Shown here piece by piece: positions 19,693-28,949 of a stretch of DNA of 64,000 nt. Numbering within the stretch: position 1 is the first letter of the stretch; every line of letters begins with the position of its first letter. A program made the position numbers and the translations under genes. Under the pieces are notes generated by a model, which ran no database searches, was not told the origin of the DNA, and saw only the letters and a program-made list of their open reading frames with translations. The DNA is from a virus (Duplodnaviria; Caudoviricetes), in IMG/VR virus record IMGVR_UViG_2917802685_000001, positions 90,159 to 154,158 of that record. One strand, written 5' to 3'.

Positions 19693-20340
19693 ATGGCGCT
19701 TCCCGACAACCTGAAGAAGGGCGACCCGCTCGTCCTCGTCTCGGCCGACAGCAAGAGGGAGCCCCGCAACGTCGTCGTCTCCCGCGTCGGCCGTGCCTGG
19801 GTGTACGTCTGCCGCGAGGGTGAGACGGAGGAGACCAGAGACCAGTTCAACCGCGTCACCGGCGTCTCGAAGGAGAACCACGGCTGGGCACGGTGGCTGG
19901 TCACGCCCGAGCAGTATGCGGAGATGAAGGAGCGCGAGCAGCTGCTGGCCGACCTGAAGGCGGCCGGAGTCGAGATCGAGCACAAGCAGCAGGACACGAT
20001 GCCGCTGGCCAAGCTGCGTGGCCTGCTGGCCGCCGTGACCGAGAGCGACCTGGTCACCGTGCGCCTGCCTCGTGACCTCGCCTCCGAGGTCGCATGCATC
20101 ATCGGCGCGCACCTGGACGAATACTTCACCCCGAACCCGTGGGGCGTCATCGAGGCCGTCCGCCAGATGGACCCCGAGCGCGGGGCCTCCATGTACCGGA
20201 GCCGCCGGTACAACGTCAACGGCGGCACCGTGTACGACACCGTCGACCGGGTGGAGGTCGAGACCGAGTTCGCCGACAGTGACGCCTCCCGCGCCTGGGT
20301 CAACACCCACGGCAAGACCTGCGCCAGCAGGGAGAGTTGA
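19693..20340 (+). CDS. Hypothetical protein with N-terminal beta-barrel (VSRVGRAWVYV)
   Basis: TGACCATG coupling. Confidence 0.75.
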   Translation: MALPDNLKKGDPLVLVSADSKREPRNVVVSRVGRAWVYVCREGETEETRDQFNRVTGVSKENHGWARWLVTPEQYAEMKEREQLLADLKAAGVEIEHKQQDTMPLAKLRGLLAAVTESDLVTVRLPRDLASEVACIIGAHLDEYFTPNPWGVIEAVRQMDPERGASMYRSRRYNVNGGTVYDTVDRVEVETEFADSDASRAWVNTHGKTCASRES

Positions 20341-20343
20341 CCC

Positions 20344-20592
20344 GTGATGAGGAGTGGGTACGTCTCCTGCGGCAAGGACCTCGGCCGCGAGCATCCGCCG
20401 CACACCTGCAGGCGACGCCACGGCCACAACACCGTGTGCAGTCACGCCCCCGACCTGAGCACCGACAGGGGCTTCAACGATGCCTGGGCCGAGTACTTCG
20501 CCGCGCACCCGGAGGTCCTGGCGAGCTGGGCCCACCAGAACGACCGCTGGCCCCCGGGGTACGGCGACCAGAAGGAGTTGCTCAGTGCCTAG
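20344..20592 (+). CDS. Small Cys/His protein
   Basis: C-x12-C-x5-H module. Confidence 0.6.
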   Translation: MMRSGYVSCGKDLGREHPPHTCRRRHGHNTVCSHAPDLSTDRGFNDAWAEYFAAHPEVLASWAHQNDRWPPGYGDQKELLSA

Positions 20593-21217
20593 GCGGTCCA
20601 TGAAGTCTCTGCTGCTGCAGCTGGCCGCCTCGCACCCGGACGTCGTCGCGGCCGAGAAGGCGGAGAAGGAAGCCCGCTTCAACTCCCCCGAGGCGCGCCG
20701 GGTGCGCTCCGAGCGTTCCACGAAGGCCGCCGCTACCGTGCGCGCCCGTCGGAAGGCCCGGGAGGCCCTGGAGGCTGACATGGAAGCACGCGAGCCCACC
20801 GGCCCGACCTGCGGCGCCTTCGGGATCATCCTGCAGGCCCAGGAGACTGAGTGCGATCGGCCGCCGCACAAGCACGGCGACCACCAGAATTGGGCGGGCG
20901 ACCGCTGGCCCAGCTACGAGGGGGAGTACGACGAGATGCTGACCGTGACCACTGACAACCTGCGCGAACTGCTGAACGGCCCGAGCGATAACCCGGTTCT
21001 GTACGTGGCCCGCGACGAGGACACGGGCGAGCCCGTCCGGCTGGAAGTGTGGGACGAGGCCCTCGTGCCGCACGGCGATATCGTGACGCGCAAGCACGAG
21101 CTGGTCGACGCACTGGGCGGCCCCGACCACCCGGACGGGGTGACCCAGGACGCCCTGGAGCACCTGCTGGAGGGCTACCAGGCCGAGGTCGACACCATGG
21201 AGGAGGCCAGCAGCTGA
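20585..21217 (+). CDS. Hypothetical protein
   Basis: AAGGAG RBS then GTG; central C..C..H..H. Confidence 0.7.
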   Translation: MPRRSMKSLLLQLAASHPDVVAAEKAEKEARFNSPEARRVRSERSTKAAATVRARRKAREALEADMEAREPTGPTCGAFGIILQAQETECDRPPHKHGDHQNWAGDRWPSYEGEYDEMLTVTTDNLRELLNGPSDNPVLYVARDEDTGEPVRLEVWDEALVPHGDIVTRKHELVDALGGPDHPDGVTQDALEHLLEGYQAEVDTMEEASS

Positions 21218-21219
21218 TC

Positions 21220-21396
21220 ATGAAGAAGGCAGCCGTGGTCTTCGTTCTGTACACCCTGGGTGGGGGGCTCGCCGCGTCGGTCGTGGCCCTCGTCGATCCG
21301 TCCATGGGTAGCCTGCCCGTCGCCGTCTTCCTGGGAGTGCCGTTCGGGGTGGCAGGAGGGCTTCACTCGTCCCACATCTACCTGAAGACGTGGTAG
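21220..21396 (+). CDS. Small membrane protein
   Basis: MKK followed by two hydrophobic segments. Confidence 0.6.
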   Translation: MKKAAVVFVLYTLGGGLAASVVALVDPSMGSLPVAVFLGVPFGVAGGLHSSHIYLKTW

Positions 21397-21413
21397 TTGA
21401 TGCAGCAGCAGGT

Positions 21414-21443
21414 GGGCCCGTCCCTTTCGCCGGGGGCGGGCCT
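21414..21443 (+). terminator. Stem-loop terminator
   Basis: GGGCCCGTCCC / GGGGCGGGCCT. Confidence 0.55.
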
Positions 21444-21461
21444 TCGGGTTTCCCGAACCGG

Positions 21462-21493
21462 TAGACACGCAACTATTGATGCCTTAGAGTGGG
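21462..21493 (+). promoter_or_regulatory. Promoter/operator P8 (17-bp spacer)
   Basis: TAGACA-17-TAGAGT; GCAAC-TATT-GATGC. Confidence 0.8.
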
Positions 21494-21520
21494 GCCACCG
21501 CCTAGGAACAAGGGGAACCG

Positions 21521-22021
21521 ATGAGCCTGCTGTACAACGCCCTCGTGGACGAGGCGCGCCGGATGCCGTACATGGAGCTGGAGCTGGAGCCGGTGTCTAC
21601 CGTCGGCCTCGACGAGCGGCTGCCGACCGGTGACCGGAAGGTCCGGGCAGACCTCCGGTTGATGATCAAGGCCATGGCGGACTCTGTCCTGGCCCTGCCC
21701 CACGCTCACGAGTACCAGTACCAGCTGGAGCGGGTTCCCTGGCCGAACAGCCGGGAGCGGGCGGCCCGCGCCGCGAACCGCTTCCACGACATCTCCCTGC
21801 AGGTACTGAGGGACATGGGCGCTGCCGCAGGCGAAGAGGGCGCCAGCATGTGGACCTGCGCGGCTCGGGTCGCGGAGATCCTCATGGAGGACTACGGCAA
21901 CAACCCGCACTGGAGCGAGGACTACCGCGAGGTCGCCAGCCAGTTCTTCTGCGCGATGCGCCCCGGCTACCTCGACGAGAAGGTCTTCAGTGAACTGCTG
22001 GCCGCCATGAAGGAGAGCTGA
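21521..22021 (+). CDS. Hypothetical protein
   Basis: RBS AGGGGA, GC3 bias. Confidence 0.75.
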   Translation: MSLLYNALVDEARRMPYMELELEPVSTVGLDERLPTGDRKVRADLRLMIKAMADSVLALPHAHEYQYQLERVPWPNSRERAARAANRFHDISLQVLRDMGAAAGEEGASMWTCAARVAEILMEDYGNNPHWSEDYREVASQFFCAMRPGYLDEKVFSELLAAMKES

Positions 22022-22599
22022 TGTTCCTGGTGCCCATCCCCGAGGGCTGGGACCCGGCCCCGCACGGCTGGCGCCCGGCCGAGACGAAGATCGAGCCGCT
22101 CGACGCGCAGGACGCCACGGTGTACCTGCTGCGCTTCGCGCCGCCGCTGCGGTTCCCGGCCTCGCTGGCCATCTTCCGCAACCCGGCGAGCGGCCAGCGC
22201 GTGGCCTGGTATGGGCCGCTGGCCACTGAGAACGCGGAGCAGATCGTCCAGGGCCCGGCGCTCGCGACGATCGGCATCTCGCCGGAGGACTGGGGGCCGG
22301 AGGACCGGCAGCCGGAGGTGAGCCGCCATGGCTGCGCCGAGTTCGACGAGCTGCTGGAGGGCAGCAGCCTGGGCTCGCCGCGCGCGAAGGCGCTGCGGGA
22401 GGGCTTCAGTGCCTACCGCCCGCCCGCGCCGGACGACGACGTGGCGGAGGAGCGGTGCCCGGAGTGCGAGAGCACCGACTACGGGCCGGTCGACATCGCG
22501 TGGCCGTTCGGTCCGCCGGAGCACAACCCGAACCCGCAGGTCAGCTACGTCGTCGGCGTGTGCATGAACTGCGGGTACACCACCGACAGTAATGAGTAA
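22021..22599 (+). CDS. Hypothetical protein with C-terminal Zn ribbon
   Basis: TGATG overlap; CPEC...CMNC. Confidence 0.7.
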   Translation: MFLVPIPEGWDPAPHGWRPAETKIEPLDAQDATVYLLRFAPPLRFPASLAIFRNPASGQRVAWYGPLATENAEQIVQGPALATIGISPEDWGPEDRQPEVSRHGCAEFDELLEGSSLGSPRAKALREGFSAYRPPAPDDDVAEERCPECESTDYGPVDIAWPFGPPEHNPNPQVSYVVGVCMNCGYTTDSNE

Positions 22600-22727
22600 G
22601 CAAAAAAACGGATTTCCGTCGATCCATTGAAGCTGTTTTGGCAAGATCGGTGACGGCCGCCACATCCTGACCTCCATCAGGCGCGGCCGTCTCTCGTTTA
22701 CCTCTTGACCCGCCACAGGAGGGCTTC

Positions 22728-23006
22728 ATGCCGCAGATGACCGCTACCGTCGAGCCGCTTGTACGCCTCGGCGGCACGATCCGCCTGACCGCCCGGCGCA
22801 GCGATGGCTGCACCATCGAGATGGAGCTGACCCGTGGCAGCTCGCGCGGGCACGTCACCCACGCCGTGACCAGCGAGGACGGCCGTCTGGTGTCCGTCGT
22901 GGCGCGGTCGTGGCCGCTGACCGGCGACGAGCCGAAGCTGGCCGCCGACGTCGCGGACGCAATCCAGATCGCCGAGAAGCGCTTCGCCGAGGGCGTCGCG
23001 CGCTAG
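22728..23006 (+). CDS. Hypothetical protein
   Basis: AGGAGG RBS. Confidence 0.7.
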   Translation: MPQMTATVEPLVRLGGTIRLTARRSDGCTIEMELTRGSSRGHVTHAVTSEDGRLVSVVARSWPLTGDEPKLAADVADAIQIAEKRFAEGVAR

Positions 23007-23061
23007 CCTCGAACTGCCCCGCCAGGCACCTATTCGTTCCGACTCACCGCCAGGAGTCCCC

Positions 23062-23436
23062 ATGGCCGCCAAGACCATCACCAGCAAACTGACCGCCGCT
23101 CAGCGCCAGGCCCTGCTCCACGCCGACCCCGCCACCGGCCAGATCAACGCCTCCGGCTGCAACTTCCGCGAGGAGCTGCGGCGCAAGCGCTACGCCGAGT
23201 CCTCGCACGGGACCTTGTACCTGACCGAGTACGGCTGGCGACTGCACGCCCTCCTGAAGGAGGAGCACAAGGAGTTCGCCGTCGCGGGCGTGCCCTGGAC
23301 GAAGATGCAGGAGATCACCGACCTGTACCTGCTGAACGGCCTGAGCGTCGAGGAGATCTCGCGCCGCACCCGTGTGACCGGCGGTGGGGTCATGGCCGTG
23401 CTCGCCTTCCGCCAGGTGCTGCCCGACGCCGCCTGA
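23062..23436 (+). CDS. Double HTH protein (wHTH + region-4-like HTH)
   Basis: LTAAQRQAL...LYLTEYG; ITDLYLLNGLSVEEISRRTRVT. Confidence 0.7.
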   Translation: MAAKTITSKLTAAQRQALLHADPATGQINASGCNFREELRRKRYAESSHGTLYLTEYGWRLHALLKEEHKEFAVAGVPWTKMQEITDLYLLNGLSVEEISRRTRVTGGGVMAVLAFRQVLPDAA

Positions 23437-23458
23437 ACGGCCTTCGTTCCACCCCATG

Positions 23459-23483
23459 GCATCCATTGATGCGTTAGAGTGGG
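23459..23483 (+). promoter_or_regulatory. Promoter/operator P9 (no clear -35)
   Basis: GCATC-CATT-GATGC-gt-TAGAGTGGG. Confidence 0.75.
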
Positions 23484-23516
23484 TCGATTGTCTACACCAC
23501 CCCCTGGAGCCCTGCC

Positions 23517-24119
23517 ATGCGCTTGTCCGAGCTGAAACCGCGAGAGCTGTACGCCACCAAGGCGGCCTCCCGAACGGCCGCCCGTCGCTCCACCGGCCCG
23601 GCGCTCCTGCTGGACACGCGCCTGTGGGAACTCAACCCCGGCCCGGCAGGGACCTCCTTCTTCCTGGCTCCCGCCGACGCCCAGTCCAGGTCGGGGGTCC
23701 AGGACAGCAGCACCGGCGCACGGCGGGGCATGCTCGTCATCCAGGCGAGCCCCGCCGCCGCCTTCACCAAGGGCTTCGACGAGCAGGCGGTGGCCGAGGA
23801 GCTGGCCGTCATCGGCCAGCAGAAGGACATCGAGAAGCTCGCCCGTCTCGTGCGGCGTGACGCCATCGACCGCGTCCTCGGCGACCTGCGCGAGAACCTG
23901 CCCGCGTCACTCATCCTCAACGTGACGCCGCTGCAGGCACTCGTCGACCCGTGGCAGGCCGCCAAGAAGTACCGGTGCACCGAGGCTGCCTGCAGCGCGG
24001 AAGTCAGCCTCGACGCCGCCGACCGTGTGCGCCCCCACGAGAACGACCAGGGCGATCGGTGCGCGGCCAGCCTCACGCACATGTCCGCCAAGGTGCGAGA
24101 GACCAACCTGATCCCATAG
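23517..24119 (+). CDS. Hypothetical protein with C-terminal C..C..H..C module
   Basis: GGAG RBS. Confidence 0.7.
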   Translation: MRLSELKPRELYATKAASRTAARRSTGPALLLDTRLWELNPGPAGTSFFLAPADAQSRSGVQDSSTGARRGMLVIQASPAAAFTKGFDEQAVAEELAVIGQQKDIEKLARLVRRDAIDRVLGDLRENLPASLILNVTPLQALVDPWQAAKKYRCTEAACSAEVSLDAADRVRPHENDQGDRCAASLTHMSAKVRETNLIP

Positions 24120-24148
24120 ACAGGCAACAGTTGATGCAATAGAGTGGG
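24117..24148 (+). promoter_or_regulatory. Promoter/operator P10 (17-bp spacer)
   Basis: TAGACA-17-TAGAGT; GCAAC-AGTT-GATGC. Confidence 0.8.
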
Positions 24149-24178
24149 GCCACCGCCAAGGGAACGAAGGAGAGCACC

Positions 24179-25063
24179 TTGCCCACCGACCGCACCACCA
24201 TCCACGCCCGCGTCACGGAACTCGTCGACATGCTCCTCGACGCCGCCACGCAGACCTCGCCCGCTGCCGAGCAGTCCACCGACACCGCCCCGAACATGGA
24301 GGAGAGCGCCGAGGCCGCCAAGCGCTTCTTCGCCCCCCGCACCGGCACCGAGAACGTCGACTACGACGCCATGACCGACGAGGAGCTGCTGAAGAGCGAT
24401 GTCGGCACCCGCGTGCGCGAGATCCTCTACCGCCAACTCCACACGCGGGGCAAGGAGGAGTACGACAAGTCCCAGCGCAGGAGCGCTGGCGCTGGCATCT
24501 ACGGCGGCGTCACGCGGGCGGCAGACTGGGTCTACCCCGAAGACACCTGGGACGGCTTCCGCGACGCCGAGACGTGGGATCCGCCCTACGAGCCCACTGA
24601 CAAGGCCCGCGCCGAGCTGATGGAGCGCATCGCCGCCAATGACTACAAGGTCGAGCGCTTCCAGGTCGAGAAGTGGGCCAACGACATCGCCGAGGCGAAC
24701 GGATGGGGCGAGGACGAGGAGGCAGCCCAGCAGGACGAAGCCGCCGAGCCGCAGGAGTGGGGCATCGTCCAGCTCTCCCGCAGGACCCAGTCGCCGCTGC
24801 GGCGGGCGACGGTCCACAAGGCACCCTGTGCCGCGCTGGCGAAGGCAGTGAAGGCCGGGACGACCAGGGAGCGCACCCTGGGCGAGCTGTGGAACGTCGT
24901 CATCGCGGGCTTCTACGCGGACGGGCCGGAGCCGGGCACCGACCTCACGACGGTCTACACCCTGTGCGTGCAGTGCCGCGCGGACCAGGCGCTGCAGCAG
25001 GCCAAGGGTGACGACCTCAAAGCCTGGAAGAACGGCGCGCGGCTGCGGGCGGCCGGGCGATGA
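24179..25063 (+). CDS. Hypothetical protein with C-terminal HxxxC...CxxC module
   Basis: AAGGAG RBS + TTG start. Confidence 0.75.
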   Translation: MPTDRTTIHARVTELVDMLLDAATQTSPAAEQSTDTAPNMEESAEAAKRFFAPRTGTENVDYDAMTDEELLKSDVGTRVREILYRQLHTRGKEEYDKSQRRSAGAGIYGGVTRAADWVYPEDTWDGFRDAETWDPPYEPTDKARAELMERIAANDYKVERFQVEKWANDIAEANGWGEDEEAAQQDEAAEPQEWGIVQLSRRTQSPLRRATVHKAPCAALAKAVKAGTTRERTLGELWNVVIAGFYADGPEPGTDLTTVYTLCVQCRADQALQQAKGDDLKAWKNGARLRAAGR

Positions 25064-25473
25064 GTGCGCCCATAGCCTTCCTGGTCACTTACGCCAACGG
25101 GCACACCGTCATCCAGGGCGGCGAGGACGTCCTGGAACAGACCGAGTTCAGCGTCTCGCGCGGCTTCGCAACCCGCCGGGACCTGGACGGCGGCGCCTTC
25201 GAGCTGACCAGCACCGAGGACGGCCGCACCCGCCGGTACGAGCCGGTCACCAAAGAACAGCCGGACGCCACCCGGTTCTACGAGAAGCTCTCCGACGACG
25301 GCCTGGACTGGGAGAGCACGGGGATAGTCCCCTCCAGCCAGGCCGGACGCCGGTGCGCCCGACAGGTCAACCAGGGCTTCGGCAACCTCTGGTACCTCGC
25401 CAGTGGCGCCATGGTCCTCATCGACAGCACCCGGCGCCGCCAGATCCTGCGCTACGAGCCGGTGGGGGCCTGA
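25060..25473 (+). CDS. Hypothetical protein with internal duplication (two RYEPV-ending units)
   Basis: ATGA overlap; repeated GF...GA..L......RYEPV. Confidence 0.75.
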   Translation: MSAPIAFLVTYANGHTVIQGGEDVLEQTEFSVSRGFATRRDLDGGAFELTSTEDGRTRRYEPVTKEQPDATRFYEKLSDDGLDWESTGIVPSSQAGRRCARQVNQGFGNLWYLASGAMVLIDSTRRRQILRYEPVGA

Positions 25474-25474
25474 C

Positions 25475-25618
25475 ATGCCGGAGCAGACGATGTACTCCGT
25501 GATGCTGGCCTCGGAGCATAAGCAGGGCCTCCACGAGGACACCCCGCACAAGATGTGCAGGGCCTGCCACCCCGCCGAAGCGGCACTCCTCGACCAGCTC
25601 GACGACGACCAGTCCTGA
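25475..25618 (+). CDS. Small His/Cys protein
   Basis: MPEQTMY...H..H..H.MCRAC. Confidence 0.55.
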   Translation: MPEQTMYSVMLASEHKQGLHEDTPHKMCRACHPAEAALLDQLDDDQS

Positions 25619-25704
25619 CCGGCCAGGCAGCCCGCCAACTGCCCGGCCCCGTCACTTCTTTACAACTCCATCAGCAGTTCCTCGACCGCCAACGAAGGAA
25701 CACC

Positions 25705-26184
25705 ATGACCGCCATCATGAACCGGCGCGCCCTCGCGACCGCCAGCGCCTACCTGCGCCTGAACCCCATCACCCGTCGCGCCGAGATCGTCCACGGCTCC
25801 CAGGTCGACTTCATCCTCACCGAGGTCTTCGAGGACGACGCCGTCCAGCAGCAGGCCGGAGGGGGCTTCATCACCATCGAACAGCCCGGGGACTTCGAGG
25901 ACTCCGAGATCGAGGAGTCGGTCGTCACCCAGTACGTGCCGCTCGCCGAGAACCAGGACATGCGCCAGCTCGCCGAGTCGTACCGGCACTGGGCCGCGCC
26001 CACGGGCGGCAAGCCGATCCCGCAGACGCAGCCCATGAGCGGCAAGGGTCTGAGCGTGCTCGTACGGCGCGCGCCCGGCACCTTCTGCCTGACGCGGGCC
26101 GGTGAGGTCGCGCACCTGGTGCGGGGCCGAATCGTCGACCAGTTCAAGCCGCTGACGGCCGCCGACATGGCCCAGGCTGCGTAG
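25705..26184 (+). CDS. Hypothetical protein
   Basis: AAGGA RBS, GC3 bias. Confidence 0.75.
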   Translation: MTAIMNRRALATASAYLRLNPITRRAEIVHGSQVDFILTEVFEDDAVQQQAGGGFITIEQPGDFEDSEIEESVVTQYVPLAENQDMRQLAESYRHWAAPTGGKPIPQTQPMSGKGLSVLVRRAPGTFCLTRAGEVAHLVRGRIVDQFKPLTAADMAQAA

Positions 26185-26195
26185 ACTGTGTCCTG

Positions 26196-26230
26196 GAGTC
26201 CCACCCCTTCTACTCAGGGGGTGGGGCTTC
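26196..26230 (+). terminator. Stem-loop terminator
   Basis: CCCACCCCT / GGGGGTGGG inverted repeat. Confidence 0.6.
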
Positions 26231-26383
26231 GTCATGTCCGCCTCTGGCCTGCAAAAGTCACTGAGTGTCAGTTTTCTGCATATGCCTGGCCGAGGTGTTA
26301 TGTGCGTGTAGAGTGAAGGCCACGCGGACCCGCCAGTCTGCAAGATCAACTTTCTTCAATCTCCACCCGCCAGGAGATCATCC

Positions 26384-26656
26384 ATGCCTTCATCTGAGTG
26401 CGCTGTGCCCTCGAAGCCGCGCGTGTCTGTCGAGCTTCCCAAAGAAGCGGTCGACGACTACACCTTCACTCCGGATCTCGCGCGTGAGTGGCTGGGACTG
26501 ACTCAGGATGAGCTGGACGACCTGGTGCGGAGGTCTCGGCTGAACCGCACTCGCGGACTCGTCGGCCCCCTGGAGCTGGTCAACGGTGGACAGAGCTTCA
26601 CCATGCGCTCCGTGTTCGACTACCGCCGCAACCTGCTGGCAGCCATCACTCTCTGA
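26384..26656 (+). CDS. MerR-fold/excisionase-like HTH protein
   Basis: FTPDLAREWLGLTQDELDDLVRRSRL...GGQSFTMRSV. Confidence 0.6.
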   Translation: MPSSECAVPSKPRVSVELPKEAVDDYTFTPDLAREWLGLTQDELDDLVRRSRLNRTRGLVGPLELVNGGQSFTMRSVFDYRRNLLAAITL

Positions 26657-26679
26657 ACCTTCAGGAAGGGCAACCCGCC

Positions 26680-27228
26680 ATGCCCGCAGCACATCCGCAC
26701 CTGTTTGCCGTCCGCGACAACCTCGACCTGCGTGACAAGGAAGCCCACCGCCTGGTGGCCATGGCCGCGATCGACGACATCACCACGCGCTCCAGGCCGC
26801 AGTGGCAGTGGACGCACCGGCAGATGGCCGAACTGACCGGCGTACCGCAGCCGTTCGTGTCGCTGGTCGGCAACTACCTCGACTACCGGCGCAACCTGCG
26901 CAAGATCGGCACCGTGACGGGGATACGCCCCTACCGGTCCACCTGCGCCCAGACGTTCCTGTACGGGGAGGACGACCACCCGCTGGACATCCTGAATCTG
27001 GGTACTAGCGGAGACCGTACGGAGCAGATGGCCAAGATGCTGATGGAGGCCACCGCGCGCAAGGTCCGCGTCGATCCCGATGCCGTCCACAACATCGAAC
27101 GGATGCTGGGCCGGTTCTGCGGCATGGCCTGGCAGACGGTCGTCGAGACGGTCCAGCGCCAGCAGACCGCCCGCAACAACGTCACCACTCTTCCCACCAC
27201 CACCGCCATGGGGGTCAAAGCAGCATGA
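26680..27228 (+). CDS. HTH (XRE-like) DNA-binding protein
   Basis: WTHRQMAELTGVPQPFVSLV. Confidence 0.7.
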   Translation: MPAAHPHLFAVRDNLDLRDKEAHRLVAMAAIDDITTRSRPQWQWTHRQMAELTGVPQPFVSLVGNYLDYRRNLRKIGTVTGIRPYRSTCAQTFLYGEDDHPLDILNLGTSGDRTEQMAKMLMEATARKVRVDPDAVHNIERMLGRFCGMAWQTVVETVQRQQTARNNVTTLPTTTAMGVKAA

Positions 27229-27812
27229 GCGACACCACCACCACCGAGAGCACCGGTACGACGGTCACCCTCGTCTACTCGCCTTCGGGCAGCAACAGGG
27301 TCATCAAGAAGTTCTTCAAGGGGATGTCCGAGGACGACATCGTCGCCGTCTCCGCCGCCCTTGTCGGGCGCCGGGTCGACATGCCGGAGCTTCACGAATC
27401 CGACGTGAAGCAGCTGAAGGACTCGCACGAGAGGCAGATCCGCTGGTACACCGACCGGATGGCGGAGGCTCTGGCCGAGGGCATGGGCCGCTGGTTCCGG
27501 TGGGCGCCCAAGCGTGCCCGCAAGGTCACCCTCGACCTCCTCTCGGACTACCTGCGCGGCGCCACGGCCACCCTGATCAGTGAGCTGACCGCCGCCCACT
27601 CCGAGATCCACCGCACGCACGAGCAGGCCCGCGCGCTGCGTCTGCAGCCGCGCCCGGAGCCGGTCGCGGAGCCCCTCGTCCCCTGCCGCTGCTGCTCGGC
27701 CACCTTCGTGCGCGCCGACTTTCTGCCCGAGGGCTGGACGCCGGACCACGACGGGTACCCGCGCTGCCCGCAGCACCGGGTCATCGAGCTGACGAAGGAC
27801 CAGGTGCGATGA
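27225..27812 (+). CDS. Hypothetical protein with C-terminal Zn module
   Basis: ATGA overlap; CRCC...GW...CPQH. Confidence 0.7.
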   Translation: MSDTTTTESTGTTVTLVYSPSGSNRVIKKFFKGMSEDDIVAVSAALVGRRVDMPELHESDVKQLKDSHERQIRWYTDRMAEALAEGMGRWFRWAPKRARKVTLDLLSDYLRGATATLISELTAAHSEIHRTHEQARALRLQPRPEPVAEPLVPCRCCSATFVRADFLPEGWTPDHDGYPRCPQHRVIELTKDQVR

Positions 27813-28000
27813 GATTCGCGATCGGGGCGATCCTCGGCGCCATCACCGCCGGGGTCGCCCACCACGCGGGCCAGAGCACGGAAATTGCCTGCCTGGTCGG
27901 CACCGGAGTGATCATCGCGGTGTGGTTCCGTCTGACCGACGCGCTGTGGGATCTGGGCTGCGTGATCCTGGCCTGGGCGCTCAGCGGGGGTCACGACTGA
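27809..28000 (+). CDS. Small membrane protein
   Basis: Hydrophobic; paralogous-looking to the next gene. Confidence 0.65.
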   Translation: MRFAIGAILGAITAGVAHHAGQSTEIACLVGTGVIIAVWFRLTDALWDLGCVILAWALSGGHD

Positions 28001-28155
28001 TGCGTACCCTCCTCGGCGCGGCTGCCGGTATAGCCACCGGCGGCGGCGCCTGGCTCGTCAAGGACTCCGGCGCGGGCGTCTTCGTCGGAACCCTCACGGC
28101 GATCACCATATGGTTCTGGGCCTGGGGCAACATCCCCGGAGGCCGCCGTGGCTAA
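28000..28155 (+). CDS. Small membrane protein
   Basis: TGATG overlap; MRTLLGAAAGIATG...ITIWFW. Confidence 0.6.
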   Translation: MRTLLGAAAGIATGGGAWLVKDSGAGVFVGTLTAITIWFWAWGNIPGGRRG

Positions 28156-28342
28156 GACCATCGACAAGGTGTGCTCGCGCTGCGGCGTCGTCCACTTCAG
28201 CGTGGAGGCCGAGGCCGACGGCGACCTGGTCCATTTTCAGCTCGTGGTGACGAAGTGGCCCTGCACGGAGTCGGTCGTCCGCGAGCGGCCCCGCCTGGCC
28301 GACATGCTGGCCACGGCGCTCGTGAGCGAAGCGGCAGCGTAG
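28148..28342 (+). CDS. Small hypothetical protein
   Basis: GGAGG RBS + GTG; CSRC. Confidence 0.6.
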   Translation: MAKTIDKVCSRCGVVHFSVEAEADGDLVHFQLVVTKWPCTESVVRERPRLADMLATALVSEAAA

Positions 28343-28345
28343 TAG

Positions 28346-28380
28346 CTGTCTCACCGCCGGTCGGCGCCCCCATGGGGTGG
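28346..28380 (+). promoter_or_regulatory. Late-type promoter motif (variant)
   Basis: CTGTC-N21-ATGGGGTGG. Confidence 0.5.
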
Positions 28381-28397
28381 AGAAAGGGGACCACCAC

Positions 28398-28949
28398 ATG
28401 CTCGCCGACTGGCAGATCAAGGACCGCATCATCTCGGGAGATTTTGACATCTCCCCGTTCGACCCGGAGCGGGTGCAGCCTGCATCCGTGGACATGCTGC
28501 TCGACCAGTACGTGCGCACGCTGGACCGGCCTTTTCCTGAGGGGTCGGCGATCGACGTGGCGGACGTGCGACCCGGGCACACGACGCTCGCCGAGATCGA
28601 CGAGGCCGGGTGGCTTCTGCAGCCCGGCGACTTCCTCCTCGGCAGCACCGTGGAGCGTGTGACCCTGCCGCCCGATCTGGCGGCGAGGGTCGAAGGGAAG
28701 AGTTCTCTGGGCCGGTTGGGCCTGACCGTCCACGTGACGGCGGGCTTCATCGACCCGGGGTTCAGCGGGCAGATCACGCTGGAGATCGCCAACCTGTCCG
28801 GCAAGCCGATCCGGCTCCGGCGGCTGATGCCGATCGCCCAGCTGTGCCTGATCCCCATGGCGGCCGTCCCCTCGCGGCCGTATGGGATCGCGGGCAACCA
28901 CTACCAGAACCAGTTCGGGCCTACCGAATCTCGTTACGAAATGCGCTGA
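28398..28949 (+). CDS. dcd: dCTP deaminase
   Basis: QPASVD, EGKSSLGRLGL, AGFIDPGFSGQITLEI, YQNQ motifs. Confidence 0.95.
   Translation: MLADWQIKDRIISGDFDISPFDPERVQPASVDMLLDQYVRTLDRPFPEGSAIDVADVRPGHTTLAEIDEAGWLLQPGDFLLGSTVERVTLPPDLAARVEGKSSLGRLGLTVHVTAGFIDPGFSGQITLEIANLSGKPIRLRRLMPIAQLCLIPMAAVPSRPYGIAGNHYQNQFGPTESRYEMR

Noticed and set aside
12560-19695. Recurrent GGAG..TGACC(C)ATG junctions as a special repeat
   Set aside because: Ordinary translational coupling typical of actinophages
1097-24148. Repeated ~33-bp palindromic element as a CRISPR array or integron attC sites
   Set aside because: Copies are kilobases apart, always directly upstream of RBS/ATG and contain -35/-10 hexamers; no cas or integrase gene in the window
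26295-26320. Eleventh member of the operator regulon (TAGAGT at 26309)
   Set aside because: Has the -10 hexamer but no GCAWC-N4-GWTGC dyad and no matching -35
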